Positions 22,454 through 32,409 of a stretch of 64,000 nt of DNA are shown here, piece by piece. This stretch comes from Azolla caroliniana (Eukaryota; Plantae; Polypodiophyta). The stretch is from the NCBI GenBank assembly GCA_043228905.1, contig JBHGNT010000004.1:9176001-9240000 (forward strand). The letters are read 5' to 3'. Position numbers and translations under genes: made by a program. The notes under the pieces were generated by a model. The model worked only from the letters and a program-made list of their open reading frames with translations. It was not told where the DNA came from and ran no database searches. Positions within the stretch are counted from its first letter, which is position 1, and every line of letters begins with the position of its first letter.

Positions 22454-22924
22454 TGTTATGTACACATAACGTTGGTGAGGGTAGGTCACTAATATTTACA
22501 TTAGTGAAGGGTATGTTCACTATTATTAAAAAGGGGACTAATGATTGGATAGAATGAATGATATGTGCATGCACTATCATGATTTAGACAACCAATGAAT
22601 AGAGAGCCTTTTAGAAAGGCACATCTATTCAAGGGGCCGAGGAAAAGGTATAAATATGAAGCTTAGCTACCCTCATAGGAATCACGTCGGAAGGCTGCTG
22701 TCGTAGACACCGGTGGTGCGGGCTAGGCTTTCGTCTCGACGATCGTGTTTATCTCTTCCAAGGTATTAGTCATCCTAATATCCGGCGGTATGGGACGTCG
22801 GTGGTAGGTTGGCTATGTCTAGATCATAGCTCGGGGGTGGTCGGGTGGAACGGGTTCTTCTATCCAATCTATTTTCTTCCTTTTTACTTGATTTGGTCTA
22901 TTGATTAGTAATAGACTCTTAACA
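22454..22924 (+). repeat. 5' LTR of F
   Basis: TGTTATG..CTTAACA. TATAAATA at 22649. Confidence 0.97.
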
Positions 22925-23361
22925 GTGGTATCAGAGCTTTTACTAACAATTTTTTTGTTGTTTTGATGTTTTTTGCGTGTGAGCGAGGGGGATCTAACAA
23001 GGCTCGTCATGCTCTTCTCAGGATCAAAACAACACTCTAAACCCGGTATTCTTCTTTTTTGATCTCTTCTCTTTTTCTATTATGCGTTCTTTATGGTCGA
23101 ATCAAATTGGTATTACGTTTTATTCTCTTTCTTTCTACCTCCTACTACGCTACGATTTTACTTATTATTATGCATCGGGCCGAGCGTGTTTGCACTAATC
23201 ACACACGCTCAACTCATGGCCTTTTGCATATTGCGATATATATCCCACTCTCTCCTCTCTTGAACTCTTACGATAATAATTATTCTTGTGCATTGGGTCG
23301 AGCGTGTTTGCTCTAATCGCACACGCTTATCTCATGGCCGTTTTTCATATGATGTTGAGTA

Positions 23362-23695
23362 TACCACTCTTCCTCTCTATTGAGCCATCACTTGGCCGAT
23401 TCTAAGGGATGATGTGGCCTTGACGAGGTGTATGTTGCCTACCTATGCCACTCTACTCTCTATTAAGCCATCAATTGGCCGATTCTATGGGATGTTGTGG
23501 CCTTGACAAGGTATATGTAGCTTACATATGCCACTTTCCTTTTTAATTAGCCATCAATTGGCCGATTCTAAGGGATGATGTGGCCTTGACGAGGTATATG
23601 TCACTTACCTATGCCACTTTCCTCTTTAATTAGCCATTACTTGGCCGATTCTAGAGATATGTGGTGGTCTTGAGGAGGTGCATGTCAACTACCCT
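23362..23695. repeat. Four 83-bp tandem repeats in the 5' leader of F
   Basis: TTGGCCGATTCTA recurs at 23392, 23475, 23558 and 23641. Confidence 0.9.
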
Positions 23696-24679
23696 AGGGT
23701 TTCGTATCTTAGGGCATGTTTGATTCCATACACCTAATTGTTGATTATTCTAATTAAATTTTAATTTCATAAGTATTGTTTCACTTATATGATTTTCTAG
23801 TAATTATTATTTACCCGCCCACAATTAACTCTCCTTTTTCCACTTCCTTTTCATGTATAAAGTATTTACATCGTTTATTTTTAATGTAACCTTTACGTGT
23901 AGACTATTTTTTTCGTATGGAGTGGCTTGTTGAACGATTTTTTTTCAACGGGTCATCTAGGTTTAACTCTTATCATCAAGCCTTAGAAAACGAGTAAAAC
24001 CATATGAGTTCCCTTATTGATGTTTTACTCATGGATTTGAGTATTACATCTTTGCGCACAACACCGTCATCACTTGTATCAATTTGTGGCTTATGTCACA
24101 ATTGTGCAAGTTATAACAATCATATTGGGATGTATATGTGCATACCTTGCACTTCCCATTTATTTGTGACATTGTTTTTTTCGTAGGTAACACATGGGTT
24201 CTTTTTTTTTTACCCTTGTTTTCGTCACTACTTAACTCTTATGAGTAGTGCCTTATTTTATCATTTTATCATCACGTTTGCTTATTGCTCGCAAGACTAG
24301 AATATTACTTGTGAGTGCACTTGTTTTTTCAAGTAATACACTTTCTCGACCATATAATACATGATGGGTTGGCATTAATATAAGGCTATCTAGGAAATTT
24401 CATTGATGTAAGAACAATGGTTGAGCCTCGGGGAGCCGCCATGATTACTCAAGATAGAGATCCGAGAAATACATCTTAGCTATGTTTTCCCCCATGGTTT
24501 TTAAAACACCATAGTGTTACCATAGTTATCGGATCTCGAATCACATCTCATATGTCTAGAGGGGTAAAGACATGAGATACTTTCTTGGATAAAGTTCTTT
24601 CAATCAAAATTTCAAGCATTCATTTTGCTTGTGTATTTTCTGAACCTCCTTATTTTATTGCATACCCACAGCGTGCATC

Positions 24680-25915
24680 ATGGAACAAGTTTTCAACGCA
24701 GTTGGAACGATCTCTCCAAATGAGACCTCTCAACCCCAATCCGCATCTCGCACACAAGCTGAGATCACTATTGAGCAATTGCTCACTACTACCTTGAATC
24801 AATTGGCCGAAATGAGACAGGCCAATATGGCATTGGAAAAGAAATTCCAAGAATTAACTATTGAGTCCAAGAAAGAAGGTGAACCTTCCTTCGTAGTCAC
24901 GCCTTTCAAGGGAGATAAGAAAGAAAGAACCGAGGAGGCCATTAGCACTTGGCTTGGTCATTGGGAGTCTCACTTTGAGCTTCATCCCAAGCCCGATGCA
25001 GTAAAAATTGGTTATGTCGGTCGTGAGTTAGGTGGCCGAGCTGCTGCTTGGTGGCGTGGCCTAAGGACCGCAAAAAACTTACCCACAACTTGGGAAGGTT
25101 TCGTTGATGTTTTTAAGAAACAATTCTTGCAGCCACCTTCTCAAACCGAACAAGCGCAACACTTGCTCACATTGTCTAGTAAGCCATTTACCTCTCTCGA
25201 GGATTATGTGCATCACGCTCGGACCCAGATCCAAAAATCGGGACTTACGGGTGAGAAATGGTTTGTCGCTTGTTTTTTGAATGGTATTCCCAATGGGGAT
25301 TATCATTGGATTGTCCATGACAAGGACCCCACAACTTTCGAGGAAGCCGTCAACATTGTGCTGCGATACCATAGGACTTCCAAGAAAGACCACAATAAAC
25401 CTGAGTTCGCCAAAACTCCGAATGTCAAGCTCATTGGGAAACGTAAGCAATCCAATGACACTCTTGACTGCGACTCAAAGAAACCGAACCTCTTCTGTGC
25501 ATATTGCAAGAAGCGGGGCCACACAAAGGATACCTGTCGTCGTCTTGAGAGGAAGTCAATGAACACCCCTCCTCAAGACAAATCTACGAGTCACACAGGT
25601 GAGTCTTTTGATATTGTTGAAGTTCATACCAATCACTTAAGTTTATGTGAATGCACTTTTCCTTCACATTTACTTGGACCTAATGATTTACTCCGAGCAG
25701 TCGGATATATCAATGGAACACAAGCACATTTCTTGTTTGATTCCGGTAGTTCTCACAATTTTCTTAATGATCACTTTGTGCAGCAAATGGAGCTCCACAT
25801 AAACGCAAGTGATCATATCTATCAAGTTCACATGGCAAATGGAAACGTTCAATACATCAGTGGCATTGTTTGTCAACTGCCAATTCAAATAGATACTTAT
25901 TTGGAGAAGCGTTAA
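24680..25915 (+). CDS. Element F Gag-protease, truncated by an inverted LTR segment
   Basis: AAAWW capsid motif, CAYCKKRGHTKDTC, FLFDSGSSHNF. The stop codon is supplied by the inverted segment. Confidence 0.92.
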   Translation: MEQVFNAVGTISPNETSQPQSASRTQAEITIEQLLTTTLNQLAEMRQANMALEKKFQELTIESKKEGEPSFVVTPFKGDKKERTEEAISTWLGHWESHFELHPKPDAVKIGYVGRELGGRAAAWWRGLRTAKNLPTTWEGFVDVFKKQFLQPPSQTEQAQHLLTLSSKPFTSLEDYVHHARTQIQKSGLTGEKWFVACFLNGIPNGDYHWIVHDKDPTTFEEAVNIVLRYHRTSKKDHNKPEFAKTPNVKLIGKRKQSNDTLDCDSKKPNLFCAYCKKRGHTKDTCRRLERKSMNTPPQDKSTSHTGESFDIVEVHTNHLSLCECTFPSHLLGPNDLLRAVGYINGTQAHFLFDSGSSHNFLNDHFVQQMELHINASDHIYQVHMANGNVQYISGIVCQLPIQIDTYLEKR

Positions 25916-26156
25916 GAGTCTATTACTAATCAATAGACCAAATCAAGTAAAAAGGAAGAAAATAGATTGGATAGAAGAACCCGTTCCACCCGACCACCCC
26001 CGAGCTATGATCTAGACATAGCCAACCTACCACCGACGTCCCATACCGCCGGATATTAGGATGAATAATACCTTGGAAGAGATAAACACGATCGTCGAGA
26101 CGAAAGCCTAGCCCGCACCACCGGTGTCTACGACAGCAGCCTTCCGACGTGATTCC
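25911..26156 (-). repeat. Inverted internal copy of F's own R-U5
   Basis: Reverse complement of 22678-22923 (one mismatch found). Confidence 0.96.
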
Positions 26157-27976
26157 AACTGCGTTGAATGATGTTTTCCGAGATCAACTCGGTGATTTTG
26201 TTGTCGTCTTCTTGGATGATATTTTGATATACAACCGTACCTTGCAAGATCATGTTCAACATGTTCGATTTGGTTTGCGAAAGTTGCGTGACAACTCTTT
26301 CTATGCAAAACATTCAAAATGTGACTTCTTCCAAAAATCTATTGTGTACCTAGGTCATTTAATTACAGAAAATGGCGTTGAAATTGAACCTTCTCGTATT
26401 GAAAAGGTTAAACTTTGGCCCATTCCTCGTAATATTCGTGAACTTAGATCATTCTTAGGGTTTGTTGGATTTTTACGAAAATCAATTCGTAACTATTCCA
26501 AATTGACTACGCCATTAACTGACCTTTTAAAAGGTCATCCACGTAAGTCTGTCAAACCAATTTCATGGAATGAACAACTTGACAAATCATTTGAGACACT
26601 CAAGGAGCATGTGTGTCAGGCTCCCACTCTTCTATTACCAGACCCTTCTAAGCCTTTCTCAATTGAAACCGATGCTAGTGATTATGCTATTGGTGTCGTT
26701 CTTTATCAAGGTGGTCACCCTATCGCTTTTGAAAGTAAGAAGCTTGATGCTACTCAATCTAGGTATTCGGTTCAAGAGAAAGAGTTGTTTGCGGTGATAC
26801 ACGCACTTAAAACATGGAGGCACTATCTCTATGGAAATAAATTTGTGGTTACAACAGACCATCAATCATTAAAGTATTTTTGTGACCAGCCCGATCTTGT
26901 TGGTCGTAAAGGCCGTTGGGCTGACCTTATGCAAGATTTTGATTTTTCCATACGATATCGCAAGGGTTCTATGAACACCGTTGCTGATGCTCTTAGTCGC
27001 ATTAAAGAAGTTAACATGCTTAGCTTCACGGAAATAAAATCTGATCTTTTAGATCACCTTCGAGGGAAATACCTTGATGACAGTTATTTCTCAAAATACT
27101 GGACGAAAGCCGAATCTGGTTTAGATGCCGATACTAGCACCCTACCCTCGAAGGCGACCTTTCACATTACAAACGGTTTGCTCTACCGTAGTGGAAAGGT
27201 CTGTGTTCCAGATTTACCAAATGTTAAACAGAAAATTTTTCATGAATGTCATGATGCACCATCTGCTGGTCATCCTGGAATACAACGCACACTCGTTCTC
27301 ATCTCGTGTACTTTTTTCTGGCCTAAGATGCGCTCTGACGTGCATAAATACGTAACTCAATGCTTACAATGTCAGATTAATAAGTCGGAACGACTTAAAG
27401 CTGCTGGTCTTTTACATCCCTTAGATATTCCCAACAATAAATGGGAAAGTATCTCGATGAATTTTATTGTTAGTTTACCTCGTACACAGAGGGGTCATGA
27501 TGCCATATGGGTTGTTGTTGACAGGCTAACAAAATTAGCTAGATTTATTCCTACAAAAACCACGGTAACCGCTCAACAGTTTGTTACCGGCCGGCAAGGA
27601 GTCCAAAATACGGAGTGAAGGAATTAATTAGATATGGTTGTAAATGAGCATAGTGTGGACGGACGGACTGGAAACGGTATGCCGTTCCAGATCCGGACGG
27701 ATCCCGAATAGGTGCGAGAGGCACCGTTTTGTACTACGGGCCGGAAACCTATTTAAAGGCCCGGAACCCATTGTAATGACAGCGGATAATTAATAGAGCT
27801 TATGATGTTTATACTTCTGTCTTGATTTCCGTTCTGTAATTACTGTTATATCTTATGCGTGTAATTAACCAAAGCATTCTAATCGTGTAACCTACGTAAG
27901 TTGGTGTAATCGTTGAATCTTAATCCTATGCCGTAATCACCCTTTGGTGAAGTGTCTCCGTGACACCTTGTGTTAG

Positions 27977-30900
27977 AGTACTGCTACTACTGCAGGCAGG
28001 AAGGCCACTACAGTAACCAGTGCCCGGTAAAGAGCTACGAGAAACGACCAGCAGTTAATATGGTGGTTCCGGAAGTGGCGGATTTACAGCAAGTAACCAC
28101 ACGGTCGAAAGGCATGGCCAAAGAATGGGAAACACAAGAGGCCATACGAAAACAGGCGACGGAATGGGTGAAGGAAGCCAATGAAAGGAACGTCGCGGAC
28201 GCGGAACGGCAAAAGGCGAATACCATAGGGAGTGCCGGCGGTAGCCACCAAGAAAACGAGACATGGCAAGCACTGCAAGAATGTCAAATCACGTTACCAT
28301 TAGGAAGACTCTTGCAGCTCGTGCCGCGATTCACAGAAGGACTAAAAACGGTCATGACAGACGGTATAGCCCCACCGGCACCAGTCCTCTTCTCGAATCC
28401 GGAGGAGGGACCGACGGTGGTGGACACTAGTAGTCCGGCGATTACAGCTATTGTCAAAGGGCACGAACTTCCCGGCACCGTAATCGATGGAGGTTCCGGG
28501 GTGAACGTAATAAGCCTCCGTACGTGTGATGCCTTGGGAATACATGAATGGGAGCCATGCCCGTTCTGGCTACGGATGGCGGATACGAGCTCGGTACGGC
28601 CGACGGGCTTAATACGGAAATTGGAAGTCACCATAGGAGGTCACACATTTCACATCTCGGCTGTAGTGCTGCAGCTACAGGCGCAAGGCGCGTACCCTCT
28701 GTTGCTGGGCAGACCATGGTTGAAAACAGCACACATCAAGCAAAATTGGCGAAAAAATATGATTACCTTCCGGCGCGGAAAAGCCAAGGTCCGGGTACCG
28801 ACACAACCACGGACGAGCAACGGTAAGGAATGCACACCGCTGTATGCGGAATGTGTGAACATGCTTGAAGGATTGGCAGACGACGAAGAAGCCCAGTACT
28901 TGGAGGAACACCCGAAGATCGTACCACTCTTCGAGATTGACGTAGCTGAAGCCGTAGCCGCATACTTGCCGCAGCGGGACGACACCGAAGCCGAACCAGA
29001 CAAAGATGCGATTCGGGAATTACGGCAAGCACAGGAAGCGTTGGAACGGGAAATGGCCGTTTCCCAACGGGTAAAAGCATCCCAGCTCGACGAAGTGAAC
29101 CTAGGAAGCAAGGACGAATCAAAGCCGGTTCACATCGCCAAAGAAATGAAGCTGAAAGATAAAGCGGCGATGATCAAACTTCTCACGGAGTTTCGCGACG
29201 TATTCGCCTGGTCATACGAGGACATGCGAGGGCTGGACCCTCAATTATATCAGCATCAGATCCACTTAGGCAAGGACGCGAAACCAGTGGCGCAACGACG
29301 TTACCGAATGAACCCCAACTACGCCGCCAAAGTGAAGGAGAAAATCGACAAACTCCTAAGAGTGGGCTTCATCCGGCCGGTAAAGAAAGCGACGTGGCTA
29401 AGCCCCATCGTCGTCGTCCCCAAGAAGAACGGTAAAATCCGTGTGTGCGTAGATTACAGGAAACTAAATGCAGCCACAATTACGGATGCATTCCCTCTTC
29501 CGTTCACGGACGGAGTACTGGATGCCGTCGCCGGTCATGAAGTCTATAGTTTTTTAGACGGGTTCAGCGGTTACAATCAAATCCGGATGAACCCGGACGA
29601 CCAGGAGAAGACAGCGTTCGTGACCGAATGGGGGGTGTTTGTGGCCGAAGTCATGATGTTCGGCCTAAAAACGGCACCAGCAACTTTCCAGCGAATCATC
29701 ATGGAGATCTTCGGCGAATACATTCCTGCCTTCATGCAAGTTTTCCTGGATGATTTTGCAGTCTATAGCCGGGGAAAAGACCATTTGCAGCACCTACGAT
29801 TATGCCTTGAAAAGTGTAGGTTATACCGGCTAAGCTTAAACCCAGCAAAATGCATCTTTGGGGTTTCAAGTGGAATATTGCTGGGACACATTGTAAGTAA
29901 GGAGGGCATTGCGGTCGACCCGGACAAAGTAAACGCCATACTAGGGGCACCGGCGCCGAAAACGGCCAAAGCACTAAGCCGATTCTTAGGACAGATCCGT
30001 CACTTGGCTGACTTGGCTACACCATTACACACCGCGGTACATCGGACACCGTTCCAATGGACGGATACGGAGGATAAGGCATACAATGCCCTGAAGGTAC
30101 TTTTATCGCAAGCACCCGTCGTGCAGCCTCCGGATTGGAGCAAGGAATTTCATGTGTTCGTGGACGCTTCCGACATCGCTATTGGCAGCGCCTTAATGCA
30201 ACTTACGGAGCCTAAATGGTACCGGCCGGTATATTACGCCAGCCGGAAGCTGTCCCAAGCGGAGAAGAACTATTCAACGACGGAACGGGAGGCCCTGGGC
30301 ATGATCTACAGTGTAACAAAGTTTCGTCATTACCTATTGGGAAGGAAGTTCTCCTTCCATGTGGATCACTCGGCGCTCCTCTACTTAGTTTCCAAGGCGT
30401 CCTTGACCGGTAAGTTGGCCCGTTGGACCTTGCTGTTGCAGGAGTTCGAATTCGAGATTTTCCACCGGCCCGGTATCCAGCATGCCGTAGCAGACTACCT
30501 GAGCCGGTTAGAGTCCGGAGAACCAGGCGACGGAGTAGCGGATGAATTCCCGGACGCGGAGTTATTCCGTATCACCCCGAAAACGGCAGCGGACGACACG
30601 GTGGCATCAGAAGATAAATGGCTGACAAACATGCACCAGTTCCTAAGCACGGGCCTGCCACCGGAGGAAATGAACCGGGACGAGAGGAAACGATTGGCGG
30701 TGCAGGGCCGCAATTTCTGTCTGTTACGGGACACTCTCTACCACAAAGGAGCAGATGGAATATGGAGACGGGCAGTCCGTAGTGACGAGAAAGAAGTAAT
30801 CTTACGGGAAGCACACTGTGGGGTTGCCGGAGGACACTATGCCGGGGAAGCGACGGCAAGGAAAGTATGGCAGAGCGGCTTATGGTGGCCCACGACGTTA

Positions 30901-32046
30901 AAAGACGCCGTCAAGTATGCTAAGGAATGTGACCTATGCCAACGAATGGGCCAGCCTACGAAGCAAGCACGGATGCCACACCAACCGGTACTTCCACTAG
31001 AGCCATTCCAGAAGTGGGGGTTGGATTTTGTCGGACCGTTCAAGCCACCGGCAATGAGAACGGGTAATCGTTATGTCATCGTGGCAACGGATTATTGCAC
31101 TAAATGGGTGGAAGCTAAGGCCCTGAGAGACAACACCGCGTCATCCACAGCAAAATTCTTGTACGAGAACATTTGGTGCCGATATGGATGTCCGATTGAA
31201 TTAATCAGCGACCAAGGAGGGCACTTCCTCGGCCAGGTAGTGGAAAGCTTAACAACGTTCTATGCCGTGGTCCATAAACGAAGCACACCGTACTACCCAC
31301 AGGCGAACGGGTTAGCAGAGTCCACCAACAAAACGCTGCAGAACATTCTCCGCAAAATCGTCAACGAAAACCGGACGGACTGGGATACAAAGCTCCATAG
31401 CGCGCTATGGGCGTACAGAACGGCATACAAAACAAGTATCCGGACAACGCCGTTCCGGCTAGCATTCGGCTTAGAAGCGGTCATGCCGGTGGAGTTTCAG
31501 GTACCAAGCTTACGGATCCAACTACAGGAACGGCTGAATGAAAAGAAGACGGAGGAAATGCGGCTAGCAGCACTATGTGAACTGGAGGAGCAGCGGCTGG
31601 CCAGCATCCTCCACATGGAGCTGGAGCAACGACGACGGAAAGCGTTCGTTGACCGTCACCGGAAAGGTAACGAAAAGATGTTCGAAATCGGAAAGCCGGT
31701 TCTAGTATTCCAAACGAGGATGGGCAAGATGCCGGGTAAACTCCGGTTCAGATGGACAGGCCCGTATTGGCTGACACGGGAATACAATGGGTCCTATCAG
31801 ATAGGGACACTTGCCGGTGAAGTACTAGGCAAGTGGGTGAACGAATTTCGACTAAAGCCCTATAAAGGACCGATGCCAAAGAACCCGTTTATGCAGCAAA
31901 CCGGCACTATACCGGGAACCTGCCCGGGATCGGTACGGATCGATCCGAAAGAAAAAGACGACGGGGAACCCGTAGCAGAGACGAAGGAAGACACGGCAAC
32001 CCGTAAGGAAAACGGTCAGGGTCCGAAGGGACCTACGGATGTGTAA
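27977..32046 (+). CDS. Element H polyprotein, 5'-truncated (CCHC, PR, RT, RNase H, INT with GPY)
   Basis: CYYCRQEGHYSNQC, IDGGSGVN, LDGFSGYNQ, FLDDF, VDASDIAIG, HCGVAGGH..CDLC, SDQGGHF, QANGLAE, RWTGPY. No chromodomain and no additional RNase H seen. Confidence 0.95.
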
Positions 32047-32048
32047 GG

Positions 32049-32082
<34 letters not shown>

Positions 32083-32409
32083 TCATTAAAAATCGAGGTA
32101 TGAACGGGTGTGAAAGCAAGGAGCGAAAAGGTACGTAGTGGGCATTTAAGAGACGCCACGCTACTTAATACTAAATTGGTACACGACGTGTGCATGCTCG
32201 AAAAAGGCGCCAAAACGCTCAAAGAAGAAGCAGAACGCATGGAGACCTTTTCATTTCGCGAGCCAAGAAGCACAGAAGCACCAAGACAGTGGAAGCTGAG
32301 CAAACGCGAACCTGCACGCAGAGAACCCCCACGTTCAGAACGCTCTCTCTCTCGTCCTCACTCTCATCACCACTCTACCTCGCCATCTTTCCTCGACCTC
32401 GAAGCAGAC

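Noticed and set aside
5628-32046. Copia C ORF and gypsy H ORF are both 1358 aa
   Set aside because: Coincidence: they are unrelated proteins and the H ORF is truncated by a deletion.
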